Shown: one piece after another, positions 50,413-61,355 of the stretch
Layout of the letters: every line of letters begins with the position of its first letter
How positions within the stretch are numbered: position 1 is the stretch's first letter
NCBI GenBank assembly: GCA_963825525.1
Contig: CAWGTN010000002.1
Span: forward strand, 832,001-896,000
DNA length: 64,000 nucleotides
DNA from: an uncultured Chloroflexia bacterium
Lineage (GTDB): Bacteria; Chloroflexota; Limnocylindria; QHBO01
Reading direction: 5' to 3'
Notes under the pieces: generated by a model
Seen by the model: the letters and a program-made list of their open reading frames with translations, nothing else
The model's database searches: none
What the model was told of the DNA's origin: nothing
Made by a program: the position numbers and the translations under genes

Positions 50413-50492
50413 GGGCCAGCGGCGCGGGTACGGGGCCGGACCGGACCTTCGATCCGCTCCGATTCGTCGCTGCGGGGGCATACCCTCGACGT

Positions 50493-50967
50493 GTGACCGA
50501 CATCAACGGACTGCGCCTGGCATATCGCGGCCTGATCGCGGGGCTCGCGGGAGCCTACGTGTGGGCGGCCGTTGCCATGGCCGTCGCCGGGGTGGCGCGG
50601 CGGCGATCCCCTCGCTCCACTGCGACCGATCGCCCTCGCGCTGTCTCCGCTCGCCGTCTCGTCGGAGCTCGGCTTCGTCCTCGGCTTCGCCGGCGTGCAG
50701 GCGGGAGGTGCCCTGTTCGGGATGTGCTTTGCCTACTTCTTCGCGCGGTTCTTCACGATCAGGACGACGCTGGCGATCGCGGCACCGGCATTCGCCCTCC
50801 TCCTCTGGGCGCTGGTGAGCGCTGCCATCGCGCGTGACACCGGGATCGCCGCGTTCGCGACCCACCCGGTTCCGGCGCTCGCCTCACTGGCCTACGGCGT
50901 TCTGCTCGGTGCCGCCGTGCCGGTGCGCGGCGAGGTGGTTCGTCATGCCGGGTCGCCCTCGACGTAG
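50493..50967 (+). CDS. Membrane protein; apparent frameshift at ~50590-50600
   Basis: Hydrophobic helices continue across two frames (GLIAGLAGAYVW... / GDPLAPLRPIA...). Confidence 0.6.
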
Positions 50968-51544
50968 AGCTCGGGCTCGAACGACGGCCCCCTGCCGGGC
51001 AATGATGCGACCCAGTCGCGGAGCGCGCTCTCGACGGTACTGAACGACAGCTCGGCCCAGGGAATCTCGTCGGGACCGAACGTGCGGACCTCGCTGGTCT
51101 CGGCCGCCGGCTCGGGCCGACCACCCACCACGCCGGCCTCGAACACGATCGCCACGATCCCGGCATGCGGCCGCGAGTAGACGCCGACCAGGCGACCGAT
51201 CTCGACCAGGAGCTCGGTCTCCTCCTCCGTCTCGCGCCGCGCCCCCTCCTGCGCCGACTCGCCGACCTCGAGGAAGCCGCCCGGATAGGTCCAGCGATCC
51301 CGTGCCGGCTCGATCGCTCGACTTCCCCAGCACGACGCGACCGCCGATGACCGGGATGGCACCCGACCACCACCCGCGGATTGCGCCAGGTCACGTGGCC
51401 GCGAGCGCAGACGAGCCGCGCTCGTTGATCGGCCTCGACGGGTCGCGGCTCGACCGGCTCGCCACAGGCCGGGCAGAATCTCGGATCCTCGCCGAGGGTG
51501 AGCGGGAGGCTGTCGCTGGCGTCGCGCTGGGGCATGCCGGTCAT
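50943..51544 (-). CDS. NUDIX hydrolase with an N-terminal zinc ribbon; apparent frameshifts at ~51320-51360
   Basis: RFCPACG...C..GH...NP; Nudix box GGFLEVGESAQEGARRETEEE. Confidence 0.85.
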
Positions 51545-51630
51545 GGTACCGGCACGCAACTTCCCTCTTCCGCTGCGAAGCGGTCAGGAGTTACGCTAGC
51601 GACCACGCCCAAGCGCATAGGAGCATTCGG

Positions 51631-52053
51631 TTGGCCCACGACGAGAAGATCGATCTGCTGCGCACCGTCCCCCTGTTCCGCGGTCTCGGCAATCGGGAGC
51701 TCGAGCGTATCTCTGCCCTCACCGACATCATCGACCTGCCGTCCGATCGGCAGATCATGGTCCAGGGCGAGCGCGGCGCCGAGATGTTCGTGCTCGTGAG
51801 CGGCGCCGCTCACGTGGAACGTGACGGGCAGTCGCTCGGCGAGCGAGAGCCGGGCACCGTGCTGGGAGAGATCGCGCTCATCGACGGAGGTCCTCGCACC
51901 GCCACGGTGACGCTCACGACCGATTCCCGGCTGCTGGTGCTCGCGCGTCGCGAGTTCCGCGCGATGCTCGACGAGTTCCCCGACGTTCGGATGCAGGTCC
52001 TCGAAACGGTGGCGCATCGGCTTCGCTCGCTGGAGCACGACGCCGTCCACTGA
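51631..52053 (+). CDS. Cyclic nucleotide-binding domain protein
   Basis: AGGAG RBS plus TTG; LRTVPLF and GEIALIDGGPRTATV motifs. Confidence 0.88.
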   Translation: MAHDEKIDLLRTVPLFRGLGNRELERISALTDIIDLPSDRQIMVQGERGAEMFVLVSGAAHVERDGQSLGEREPGTVLGEIALIDGGPRTATVTLTTDSRLLVLARREFRAMLDEFPDVRMQVLETVAHRLRSLEHDAVH

Positions 52054-52116
52054 GGCCGCCCTTCGCCGACCGGGCAGGACGGGCATCGCAAGCTCGTTGA
52101 TTACAATGCGCGGGCC

Positions 52117-53535
52117 ATGACGGAATCCCTTCCGCAGGTGCGCCTGCACAACACGCTCACGCGAACCTTGGAGCTGCTCGAGCCGATCGAGCCGGGTCGC
52201 GTGACGATCTACACCTGCGGCAGCACCGTCTACAAGTACGCCCATATCGGCAACCTTCGAACGTACCTCTTCGGCGACCTCCTGCACCGCACGCTCGAGT
52301 ACCTCGGCTACGAGGTCCGCTACGTGAAGAACATCACCGATGTCGGCCACATGCGCAACGACGACCACGACGCGCTCGAGGCACTCGACAAGGTGGAGGA
52401 GGCGGCGGAGACCGAGGGCAAGTCACCGGCCGAGATCGCGGCGTTCTACACGAGCGCCTGGCTGGAGGACGAGGCCCTCATCAACATCCTGCCCGCGGAC
52501 GTCATGCCGAGGGCCACCGACCACATCCCGGAGATGATCGACATCACCCGGCGACTGCTCGAGGCCGATCTCGCCTACGAGACCGACGGCACCATCTATT
52601 TCGACGTGTCCGCGTTCCCATCGTACGGCCAGCTCTCCGGACAGCGCGTGGACGAGACGCACGCCGGCCATCGGGTGGAGGTCGAGGACGACAAGCGCAA
52701 TCCCGCGGACTTCGCCCTGTGGAAACGCGCGACGGAACATCGACGCATGCGATGGCCGTCGCCGTGGGGCGAGGGTTTCCCCGGCTGGCACATCGAGTGC
52801 TCGGCGATGTCGCTCAAGCACCTCGGAGAGCGATTCGACATCCACACCGGTGGGATCGACCTGAAGTTCCCGCATCACGAGGACGAGATCGCCCAGTCGG
52901 AGGGTGCCCTCGGGCACCGCGTCGTGAACATCTGGATGCACGGCGAGTTTCTCACGCTCAAGGATGCCAAGATGGCGAAGAGCGCGGGAAATATCATCCG
53001 CATCTCCGACCTGCCGGCCACCGGCTACGAACCGCTCGCGTTCCGATACCTGGCGCTGACGGCGCACTACCGATCCAAGCTCGACTTTACGGAGCCGGCG
53101 ATGCACGCCGCGGCATCTGGCCTGGCGCGTCTGCGTCGGGCCGCTGGAGGACCGGACGCGATCGTCGACCTCGAAGCGGAACCGATGCGGGGGCTCACGG
53201 CTCGGTTCGCCGAGGCCGTGGCGGATGACCTCGCGACGCCACGGGCGCTCGCCATAGCTCACGAAGTTGCCGCATCTCCCGAGCTCACTGACGAGCAACG
53301 GCGCGCAGTGCTGATCGACTTCGACCGCGTCCTCGGGTTGGACCTCTGGTTGCGCACGTCCGGTGCGATCGAGCTACCCGAGGGTGCCGGTGACCTGATC
53401 GACCGGCGTGCAGCAGCCCGGGAGTCGCGAGACTGGGAGACGGCGGACGCACTGCGCGATCAGCTCATGGCGCTGGGCGTCGAGGTCCGCGATACGCCGG
53501 ACGGGCAGGTGGCCACCCGCCGCGGTTCCGCGTGA
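52117..53535 (+). CDS. cysS: Cysteine--tRNA ligase
   Basis: [36 protein letters not shown] and KMAKS motifs. Confidence 0.97.
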   Translation: MTESLPQVRLHNTLTRTLELLEPIEPGRVTIYTCGSTVYKYAHIGNLRTYLFGDLLHRTLEYLGYEVRYVKNITDVGHMRNDDHDALEALDKVEEAAETEGKSPAEIAAFYTSAWLEDEALINILPADVMPRATDHIPEMIDITRRLLEADLAYETDGTIYFDVSAFPSYGQLSGQRVDETHAGHRVEVEDDKRNPADFALWKRATEHRRMRWPSPWGEGFPGWHIECSAMSLKHLGERFDIHTGGIDLKFPHHEDEIAQSEGALGHRVVNIWMHGEFLTLKDAKMAKSAGNIIRISDLPATGYEPLAFRYLALTAHYRSKLDFTEPAMHAAASGLARLRRAAGGPDAIVDLEAEPMRGLTARFAEAVADDLATPRALAIAHEVAASPELTDEQRRAVLIDFDRVLGLDLWLRTSGAIELPEGAGDLIDRRAAARESRDWETADALRDQLMALGVEVRDTPDGQVATRRGSA

Positions 53536-53927
53536 GCTCCGCGGCGCCCGCACAGCGATGCATCCGCTGCGGGCGCTTCATGCAGCGATCCCGCGTGAAG
53601 TTCTGCCCGTCGTGCGCCGGCGCGGTTCGCACGAACATCGCCTCGGACGCCGGCTCGCGCGGCCCGCCGGGCGAGGCCGCCAAGCCGCCTTCCTACCGTC
53701 GCCAGGAGGACGTCTTCGTTCCCCTGCCCAGCCGCCTCCATCCTGACCGCGGAGGTCCGATCGCCGGCACGGTCCCGGTGCCGGAAGGACCATCGCCGAC
53801 ACGTCGCCGGCGTTGGCGGCCGAGGATGGGAGACGACACGGTTCGTGCGCTGATGATCTCACTCGTGATCGCGCTTGCGGTGGGAGTGGCGACGCTCATG
53901 GCGTTTGCACTGTCGGCGATCGAATAG
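53532..53927 (+). CDS. Small zinc-ribbon protein with a C-terminal TM helix
   Basis: CIRCG...FCPSC; hydrophobic C-terminus; GTGA overlap with cysS. Confidence 0.55.
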   Translation: MSSAAPAQRCIRCGRFMQRSRVKFCPSCAGAVRTNIASDAGSRGPPGEAAKPPSYRRQEDVFVPLPSRLHPDRGGPIAGTVPVPEGPSPTRRRRWRPRMGDDTVRALMISLVIALAVGVATLMAFALSAIE

Positions 53928-54067
53928 CGGTTGCCTGCGGTAGGCGCGTGGTGCCGACCGGCACCGGTAATGGGTCCAGCAGTACTTTTCACCCCGAGGT
54001 GGTGGTGCTACGCTCCGTGCCCGAGCCGCATCACTCTCATGACGGACGGGCAGTGGGGAACGAAAAA

Positions 54068-56002
54068 GTGCCTGTCGCCTTCAGTCTGTCGCACATTCGC
54101 GGCAGACACCTCATCGCAATCGACCTGATCGCCATCGGGCTATCGGTTGTGATCGCACTCTTTCTCTGGGATGCGGGGGGCATCGTGCGCGACCTCCGAC
54201 CCTACCTGCCGATGCTGGTCATGCCGCTCCTCGTCCGCCCCCTGCTCAACGTCCGCTTCGGGCTGTATCGCCAGCTGTGGCGGCACGCCAGCATCCCGGA
54301 GATGCTCCAGATCATGATGGCCATTGCCGCAGGCTCGCTCGTGTCGATCGGAGCTGTTGGCCTCCTCGACGCTGCGATCAGCGGCGTGTCCGTGCTCACG
54401 ACGAGCACGTTCTGGGTTCTCGAGGGATTCCTGAGCCTTGCCGCACTGGGTGGCGTGCGGTTCGCGATCCGCGCCTCGGCTGAAGCCCGCGCCAATCAGC
54501 TCGAGGCCCCAACCGAGGGCATTCCGACCATCCTGTATGGCGCCGGCATCGGCGGCGTGATGGTGGTCCGATCGGCTCGAGACCCACGCTCACGCATTCG
54601 GCCCATCGGGTTCCTGGATGACGACGAGCGACTCCACGGCAACGACGTCGCCGGCCTGATGGTGCACGGCGGTCTCGACAAGCTCGAGGAGCTCATGGCC
54701 GAGACCGGCGCGCGACGACTTCTGATCACGACGGCCAACGCCAGCGGCAAGGCGATGCGCCGAATCGTTCGCGAGGCGACCCGGGTCGGCCTCGAGGTAC
54801 GAACGGTGCCGCGCATCTACGAGTTGTTCGACGGCACGGTCGACGCGCACCGCATCCGCCGCGTCCAGGTGGATGACCTGCTGCATCGGCCGGCGGTTGC
54901 CGAGCACGTTGACGGCGTCACCGACCTGATCGCCGGCCAGACTGTGCTCATCACCGGAGCAGGCGGCTCCATCGGCTCCGAGCTGGCCCGACAGGTGCAT
55001 TCCATGCGCCCGGCACGCCTGATCCTGGTGGATCGTGCCGAAGGACCGCTCTACGGAATCCAGCGCGAGCTCCAGGTCGCTGCCCAGCGGAACACCGGCG
55101 GCGGCGAGTTGTCGGTGCACATCGCGAACGTCGCGACGCGGGCGACCATGCGCAGGCTGGTCCGCACGGGCCGCCCGGACATCATCTTCCACGCGGCGGC
55201 GTACAAGCACGTGCCGATGATGGAGGAGCATCCTTCCGACGCCGTGCAGGTGAACATCGGCGGCACGCTGTCCGTCCTTGAGGCGGCTGAGGCCTATAAC
55301 GTCCCGCATCTCATCTTCGTCTCGACCGATAAGGCAGTCAGACCATCGAGCGTGATGGGGGCCACGAAGCGCGTAGCCGAGGGGCTGATCAGCGAAGCCG
55401 CCTCACGGACTGGGAACCGCTACGTGTCGGTCCGGTTCGGGAACGTGCTCGGGTCATCCGGCAGCGTCGTCCCGATCTTCCAGCAGCAGCTGGAGAAGGG
55501 CGAGCCGCTGACGATCACCCACCCCGATATCACCCGGTACTTCATGACGATCCGCGAGGCTGTGTGGCTGATCCTGGACGCAACGGCCATCGGGTCGCCG
55601 GGCAGCCTGCTCGTGCTCGACATGGGCGAGCCGGTCAAGATCGTGGACCTCGCCCAGGACCTCATTCGCCTGTCGGGCCGCGGCCCGGAATCGGTCGCCA
55701 TCGAGTTCACCGGCCTCAGGCCCGGCGAGAAGCTCCACGAGGAGCTGTTCTACGCCGCCGAACGCATCACGCCGACGGTCAGCGAGAAGGTCATGCTCGC
55801 GGCTGCGCAGCCCCCACTGGCCGATATCCGCGACCACACGGCACACCTGATCTCTCTCGCCACCGGCGACTCCGACGACGAGCTCCGAGTCGAGCTGTTC
55901 CGCACGACCGATCTTCTCGAGAAGCGGCAGGACGCTCGCCCCCGCGACACGAACCGACGGCCCCGCCCGGTGCCCGCACCGGCGACCTTCGCCCAGCGCT
56001 GA
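54068..56002 (+). CDS. Nucleoside-diphosphate sugar epimerase/dehydratase (CapD/PglF-like)
   Basis: Four N-terminal TMs; GAGGSIGSEL, HAAAYKHVP, STDKAV, RFGNVLGS and GLRPGEKLHEEL motifs. Confidence 0.93.
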   Translation: MPVAFSLSHIRGRHLIAIDLIAIGLSVVIALFLWDAGGIVRDLRPYLPMLVMPLLVRPLLNVRFGLYRQLWRHASIPEMLQIMMAIAAGSLVSIGAVGLLDAAISGVSVLTTSTFWVLEGFLSLAALGGVRFAIRASAEARANQLEAPTEGIPTILYGAGIGGVMVVRSARDPRSRIRPIGFLDDDERLHGNDVAGLMVHGGLDKLEELMAETGARRLLITTANASGKAMRRIVREATRVGLEVRTVPRIYELFDGTVDAHRIRRVQVDDLLHRPAVAEHVDGVTDLIAGQTVLITGAGGSIGSELARQVHSMRPARLILVDRAEGPLYGIQRELQVAAQRNTGGGELSVHIANVATRATMRRLVRTGRPDIIFHAAAYKHVPMMEEHPSDAVQVNIGGTLSVLEAAEAYNVPHLIFVSTDKAVRPSSVMGATKRVAEGLISEAASRTGNRYVSVRFGNVLGSSGSVVPIFQQQLEKGEPLTITHPDITRYFMTIREAVWLILDATAIGSPGSLLVLDMGEPVKIVDLAQDLIRLSGRGPESVAIEFTGLRPGEKLHEELFYAAERITPTVSEKVMLAAAQPPLADIRDHTAHLISLATGDSDDELRVELFRTTDLLEKRQDARPRDTNRRPRPVPAPATFAQR

Positions 56003-56071
56003 TCCCCGCCGGAGGCCGAACCGCATGCCACGCGGCTAGGCGGTATGCTGCCCATCCAATGGAGGGCTGAG

Positions 56072-56905
56072 ATGGACGTTCGCGGGTGGCTGCTCTTCCT
56101 GCGCGATTGGTTCGTCGTTCTGCTGGTCGGAACGACCCTGGCTGGTGGTGCCGCCTTTGCCGTCTCGTCCGTGCTTCCTCGCACGTACGAGGCACAAGCA
56201 ACACTGCTCGTCGGCCAATCCCTCACCGCGCCGAACCCCGATTACAGCCAGCTGCTCGCATCGCAGGTCATCGCCCAGACCTACGCGGAGGTCGCCACCG
56301 CACGACCGAACCTGGAGAATGTCATCGCCGCGCTGACACTCGCCATGACCCCCGAGGAGCTCGCCCAGGCCGTCGAGGCTCGGGCCCCGGCCAACAGCAC
56401 GCTCGTCATCGTCACCGCCACGGCCGGTGATGCTGCCCTGGCCGCATCGATGTCGAATGCGCTCTCACAGTCGTTGCTCGATATCGTCAGCGACACGGGT
56501 ACCGGCGTCACGGATGCCGACGTGGTCGAGATCGACGCCGAGATCGACGCCGCGACCGGGCGCATCGACGAGCTCCTCGCCCTCGGCTCGCTCACCGACG
56601 GACAGCAGGCCACGATCAACGCGCTGCGGGACCAGGTGACGACGCTCCGGGGACAGCGAAGTGACCTGCTCGCCGAGCTGACCGGCTCCTCGAACCGGCT
56701 GAGCGTCATCGAGCCCGCCATCACGCCCGTGGAGCCGGTTTCTCCACGCGTCATCCTCAACACGGCCATCGGCGCGTTCCTGGGGCTGGTCATCGCCACC
56801 CTGGCCGCCTACGCATTCGAATCGGCCGTGCGTCCGGAGGCGCTGACTCGCCGATCGACGAGCATGGCCGCACCGTTGCCGGGCCTGCGCGCCCGCAACA
56901 GGTAA
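56072..56905 (+). CDS. Wzz/CapA-type polysaccharide chain-length regulator
   Basis: GGAGG RBS; two TMs, Y.A.ATLLV, coiled coil and PVSPR..LN motif. Confidence 0.8.
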   Translation: MDVRGWLLFLRDWFVVLLVGTTLAGGAAFAVSSVLPRTYEAQATLLVGQSLTAPNPDYSQLLASQVIAQTYAEVATARPNLENVIAALTLAMTPEELAQAVEARAPANSTLVIVTATAGDAALAASMSNALSQSLLDIVSDTGTGVTDADVVEIDAEIDAATGRIDELLALGSLTDGQQATINALRDQVTTLRGQRSDLLAELTGSSNRLSVIEPAITPVEPVSPRVILNTAIGAFLGLVIATLAAYAFESAVRPEALTRRSTSMAAPLPGLRARNR

Positions 56906-56919
56906 GTCCGCCTCGGGAG

Positions 56920-58101
56920 CTAGCGACGGCGAGCCGGCTCCAGGATCGCCTCGAGGGCAGCCACCACTCGGTCAACGGCGTCGTCGCCCATTCCCGGCCA
57001 CAGTGGCAGTGAGAGCACGCGGTTGAACTCCCGGGTTGCCACCGGGAACGCCTCCGCCGTCGCGCCCAGGCGGTCCCGATAGAAGGGATGCAGGTGGAGC
57101 GGAATGAAATGAACGCTGCTGCCGATGCCGGCCTCGCGCAGCCGCTCGATGACCTCCCCACGATCAACTGACAGCCGATCGAGCATCAGCCGCAGGATGA
57201 ACAGGTGCCACGCGTGTCCCGGACCATCAGCAGGAAGCTCGACCAGGTCAGACACCGATGAGCTCTCGAATCGGGCGCGGTAGGCGGTGGCGAGCGCAGA
57301 GCGTGCGTGGAGGAGCTCATCGGCCCGACCGAGCTGGACGAGGCCCAGCGCCGCTGCCAGATCCGTCATGTTGTACTTGTAGCCCGCCTCCGCAACTTCG
57401 TAGTACCAGCTGCCCGTGGCCGAGTATCGGTTCCACGCGTCGTGGCTGATGCCGTGCAGTGCCATCATCCGGGCGCGGGCTGCGATCGCATCGTCATCGG
57501 TAACGAGCATCCCTCCCTCCCCGGTGGTGATGGTCTTGGTGGCATAGAAGGAGTAGGCGCCCGCGGCGCCGATTGTCCCGGCCAGACGACCCTCGAGTGA
57601 TGGGATCGGACTCGGGAAGGCGTGGGCTGCGTCCTCGACCACCGGAATGCCACGGGGCGCCGTGTGCGACAGCAGCCCGGCCAGATCAATCGGAAGCCCG
57701 CCGAGGTGCACCGCCATGACTGCCTTCGTTCGCTCGGTGACCGCGGCCGCGACGGCGTCCGGCGTCGCGTTCAGGGTGATCGGGTCGACGTCGACGAGGA
57801 CCGGACGCGCGCCAAGGTAGACAGCGACCTCGGCGGTGGCCGTGAAGGTCCAGGTCGGGACGATGATCTCGTCCCCGGGCCCGACCCCCAGCGCCTCGAG
57901 CGCGAGGTGCAGGCCGGCGGTGGCTGAGTTCAGCGCAATGGCGTGCTTGACGCCGACCCGAGTCGCGAACGCCGCTTCGAACTCCCTGGTCCGTGGCCCG
58001 GTGGTCAGCCACCCTGAGCGGAGCACCTCGACGACCGCCTCGATCTCCCGCGGGGTGATCGAGGGCCGAGCGAAGGCGAGGAAGTCGTCGCGATGATCCA
58101 T
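56920..58101 (-). CDS. DegT/DnrJ/EryC1/StrS aminotransferase
   Basis: SGWLTTGP, NSATAGLHL, EDAAHA and SFYATKTITTGEGG motifs. Confidence 0.95.
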   Translation of the reverse strand: MDHRDDFLAFARPSITPREIEAVVEVLRSGWLTTGPRTREFEAAFATRVGVKHAIALNSATAGLHLALEALGVGPGDEIIVPTWTFTATAEVAVYLGARPVLVDVDPITLNATPDAVAAAVTERTKAVMAVHLGGLPIDLAGLLSHTAPRGIPVVEDAAHAFPSPIPSLEGRLAGTIGAAGAYSFYATKTITTGEGGMLVTDDDAIAARARMMALHGISHDAWNRYSATGSWYYEVAEAGYKYNMTDLAAALGLVQLGRADELLHARSALATAYRARFESSSVSDLVELPADGPGHAWHLFILRLMLDRLSVDRGEVIERLREAGIGSSVHFIPLHLHPFYRDRLGATAEAFPVATREFNRVLSLPLWPGMGDDAVDRVVAALEAILEPARRR

Positions 58102-58114
58102 TTGCGCTGAGAGC

Positions 58115-58732
58115 CTATCGCGTTCGCGCGCGAAGGGTCACGCGGCTCACCACCAGGGCGGCCGTACCCAGGATGATCCGGACGTCCAGTCGCATCGACC
58201 GGGTCATGAGGTAGCGGTGATCGAGCTCGAGCTTCCCCGGAAGGATGTCCGATCGGTATCGATGGATCGGATCGCCGTCGCGATGAAGTGACTCCTCATC
58301 CGCGAACGCCAGCTGCGCAAGGCCGGTGATCCCCGGGCGGCTCGCGAAGACCACCCGGTGGACCGGATTCGTCCAGTCGACGAACTGCTCATCCTCTGGA
58401 CGCGGTCCTACCAGCGTCATCTCGCCGCGGATCACGTTCCAGAGCTGTGGCAGCTCATCCACCTTCGATCGTCTCAGGAGCCGCCCGACGCGCGTCACGC
58501 GCGGGTCGTCGTGGCCGGTGAGCGGTCCCCCACTCAGCCCATCCCGCATCGTTCGCAGCTTGATCACGCGAAACGGGCGGCCGTGCTCACCGACGCGCAC
58601 CGCGCGATACAGGACCGGGCCGCGGTCGCCGGACATTCGATTTACGAGCGACACGATGCCGACCAGGGGGATGAGCGCCACGCCCATCGGAAGGGCGATC
58701 GCCAGGTCGAGCAGTCGCTTGCCGATCGTCAT
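58115..58732 (-). CDS. Bacterial sugar (phosphoglycosyl) transferase
   Basis: KRLLD, KLRTM, DPRVT.VG..LR..K.DELPQLWNV.RGEM.LVGPRP and PGITG motifs. Confidence 0.93.
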   Translation of the reverse strand: MTIGKRLLDLAIALPMGVALIPLVGIVSLVNRMSGDRGPVLYRAVRVGEHGRPFRVIKLRTMRDGLSGGPLTGHDDPRVTRVGRLLRRSKVDELPQLWNVIRGEMTLVGPRPEDEQFVDWTNPVHRVVFASRPGITGLAQLAFADEESLHRDGDPIHRYRSDILPGKLELDHRYLMTRSMRLDVRIILGTAALVVSRVTLRARTR

Positions 58733-59958
58733 TCCGGCGGCGCTCCGTTCGGGCGGCCCGTCTCGCGGGACCCCGACTCCACCACGGCACGGTAGATCTC
58801 TGCCAACCGGAGCCCATTGCGGTCGACGTCGTAATGCTCCTCGACGTGTCCTCGGAGGGCGTCCCCGGTCACTTCGGCCACCGATGGATCGGCAACCAGG
58901 TGCCTGAGGGCACGCGACACGGCCTGGGGCGAGATCTCGTCGAGGAGGATGCCTCGCCCTCCTTCAAGGAGCTCGGGGATCCCACCGACGCGTGAGGCGA
59001 TCACCGCGCGTCCCAGCGACCCGGCCTCGACCACGACCGTGGGAAGGCCCTCGCCATGAGAGGGCAGCACCAGGACGTCCGCGGCAGCCAGGTGGCGCGC
59101 CACGTCGGCATTGGGCAGGCTGCCGAGCCACCGAATCTGGTCGCCACTCCGCTCCTCGAGCGAGCGGCGCTCCGGTCCGTCACCGATGACCCACCCGACG
59201 ACCGGTCCCCCGGCCAGCTCGACCCCCTCCACGAACTCGTGGATCCCCTTCGCGATCTGGAGGTTGCCGATGAAGACCGCCACGAGCGCCGTCGGCGGGA
59301 TCGCAAGCGCCTGTCGCACCATCTCGCGAGCTCCGTGCGAGGCGCGCCGAAACGCGTCGTGGTCGATCCCCAGCGGGAGTGGCGTGGCCCGAACGCCGGC
59401 GAGCTGGTGAACCCGGCCGGCGAGCGCCTGGCTGACCGAGATGACGGCCGAGGCGCCGCGCAGCGCTGCGATGAGGGGCGCTCGCCACTCCGGACGGTCA
59501 TCGGGCCACGTGTTCACGTCATCGCCGTGCATCGTGAGCACGTAGGGAACGCCCGCGCGGCGGGCGACGCGTCCGGCGGCGATTCCCGCGACGGAGAAGT
59601 GACCGTGGATCAGTCCGGCGCCCCGCCAGGCCCTCCGAACGCGCCACGCGGCGGAGGCAACGGCCCGGTCCGGAGCAAGCACCCGGAGGTCTTGAGGCGG
59701 CGCCGGGTACCGCGGGCGGAGGATGGTGACCCCGTCAGTCGACTCGACCCTCGGAGCTCTTCGGTATCGGTCCCACCGCGGCTGAAGCCTGTTGATCGGC
59801 CACGGAGCCCAGGGAGTCGGAGCCACCACGGTCAGCTCGACACCGGCCCGCGCCAGCGCCATCGCCTGGGTGCGGTAGAAGATGCCACTCACGTGGTCAT
59901 CCGCCCACGGGTAGTTGGGGACGAGCCACATCACCGGCGGCACTGGCGTGTCCGGCAT
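58729..59958 (-). CDS. Glycosyltransferase family 4 (TuaC-like)
   Basis: YP...GIF, HG.DV and LPSHGEGLPTVVVEA motifs. Confidence 0.88.
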   Translation of the reverse strand: MPDTPVPPVMWLVPNYPWADDHVSGIFYRTQAMALARAGVELTVVAPTPWAPWPINRLQPRWDRYRRAPRVESTDGVTILRPRYPAPPQDLRVLAPDRAVASAAWRVRRAWRGAGLIHGHFSVAGIAAGRVARRAGVPYVLTMHGDDVNTWPDDRPEWRAPLIAALRGASAVISVSQALAGRVHQLAGVRATPLPLGIDHDAFRRASHGAREMVRQALAIPPTALVAVFIGNLQIAKGIHEFVEGVELAGGPVVGWVIGDGPERRSLEERSGDQIRWLGSLPNADVARHLAAADVLVLPSHGEGLPTVVVEAGSLGRAVIASRVGGIPELLEGGRGILLDEISPQAVSRALRHLVADPSVAEVTGDALRGHVEEHYDVDRNGLRLAEIYRAVVESGSRETGRPNGAPPE

Positions 59959-61355
59959 CAGGGCTCGCTCACCCACGTCTGACGAATTCGATCGACGCGT
60001 CGGCGGTGCTCCTCGTCGTCCTCGCGACGCGCCTGGAGACGCAACGATGTCGCATGCCACGCGTATCCCAGGGCGATGGCGATCATGAGCCAGACCTGCT
60101 TTCGGTTGAATACGTCAAGAAACAGTGACTGGGCGAGCAGCGCCAACAGGATCGTTCGGGTCGCACCGCCGTCGGCCTGCCAACCGTCGCGCAGCAGGGC
60201 GGTGAGGAGGAAGATGGCCAGCAGGAAGCCACCCACCAACCCGAGCTCGGTGAGCGTGCCGACCACGCTGGAGTGCGGTGCGAGCCCGGGAATCAGGACC
60301 CCTGGGTTCAGGCCCGGAACGTTGACGTCGCGGATGATCTCCGGCGTGAATGCGACCGGGAAGTTGCCGTAGCCGACCCCGATGAACGGGTGGTCGGCGA
60401 AGATCGCCAGGCCGACCGACCAGATGTCGACCCGGCCGGCGCCCCCGGTCTCGAGCGCCGATCCAGCCCTGCCCCCCACGTAGTCGCCGATCTCCGGGAT
60501 CTGGATGACGGCCACGACAGACAGGGTCAGGAGGAGCGCCGGAACGACGGCGCGCGTTCCGAGCCGGGGAACGACGCCCAGCAGGAAGCCGATGCCGACT
60601 GCGAGCCAGGCACTCCGAGTACCACTCAGCAGGATCGCGCCCGCCAGCACCACGAGGCTGAATGCCACGCGACCGATGCGCTGGCGGCCTCGCAGCTCGA
60701 AGATCATGAAGAAGAACGCGGGTATCAGGATCGCGGCGAACTGGGCAGGATCCTGCGACTCGAAGGCCTCCGCCCGTCCGAAGGCGAGGAACGAAGCACC
60801 GGTCGCGAATGCGCCGATCGCGATCGCGGCGGTGGCCACCGCCGCCACCGAGTAGGTCCACATGATCACGCGAACGAGCTCCGGTCTACCGGCCACCAGA
60901 TCGGCCACCACCACGGTCATGAGGAACAGCTGGACCACCGTCAGGACCTGCGTGACCGTCACGGCAGGATCCAGTGCCCACAGCGCGCTCACGGCCGCCC
61001 ACGCGACGAATCCCCAACCGGCCAATGGCATGGCCCGCAGCTCGAGATGTCCGAAGCGCCGGAGGGCATACCCTGCGAAGAACACGATCCCCACCAGTCG
61101 GGTGACGGTCGCGGCCTCACCGAGGACGAGGATCGACTCGATCGGAATGAGGACGACGTAGAGGAGCAGGAACGGAACCGGTCGGGCGAGCGTGATGACG
61201 ATGCCGGCTACGCTCAATGCCCCCAGCGCAACGATTCCGAGCAGCCCGCGGAAGGTCGCTGCGGCGACCAGCGGCGGAAGGATGACGATGATCGCCGCCA
61301 GATACAGCCACGGTGGGACCGAGGTCAGGAGCCAGCGGCTGGCGTCGCGCATCAT
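59958..61355 (-). CDS. O-antigen ligase / Wzy-type polymerase
   Basis: Multiple TMs; SGTRSAW, GRVDIW, GVGYGNF and PHS...ELG motifs. Confidence 0.85.
   Translation of the reverse strand: MMRDASRWLLTSVPPWLYLAAIIVILPPLVAAATFRGLLGIVALGALSVAGIVITLARPVPFLLLYVVLIPIESILVLGEAATVTRLVGIVFFAGYALRRFGHLELRAMPLAGWGFVAWAAVSALWALDPAVTVTQVLTVVQLFLMTVVVADLVAGRPELVRVIMWTYSVAAVATAAIAIGAFATGASFLAFGRAEAFESQDPAQFAAILIPAFFFMIFELRGRQRIGRVAFSLVVLAGAILLSGTRSAWLAVGIGFLLGVVPRLGTRAVVPALLLTLSVVAVIQIPEIGDYVGGRAGSALETGGAGRVDIWSVGLAIFADHPFIGVGYGNFPVAFTPEIIRDVNVPGLNPGVLIPGLAPHSSVVGTLTELGLVGGFLLAIFLLTALLRDGWQADGGATRTILLALLAQSLFLDVFNRKQVWLMIAIALGYAWHATSLRLQARREDDEEHRRRVDRIRQTWVSEP

Noticed and set aside
45399-50489. TACCCTCGA at ~45399 and ~50481 matching the first 9 bp of the target duplication
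   Set aside because: No TIR is adjacent; both are better explained as -10 boxes (TACCCT) of leaderless genes.
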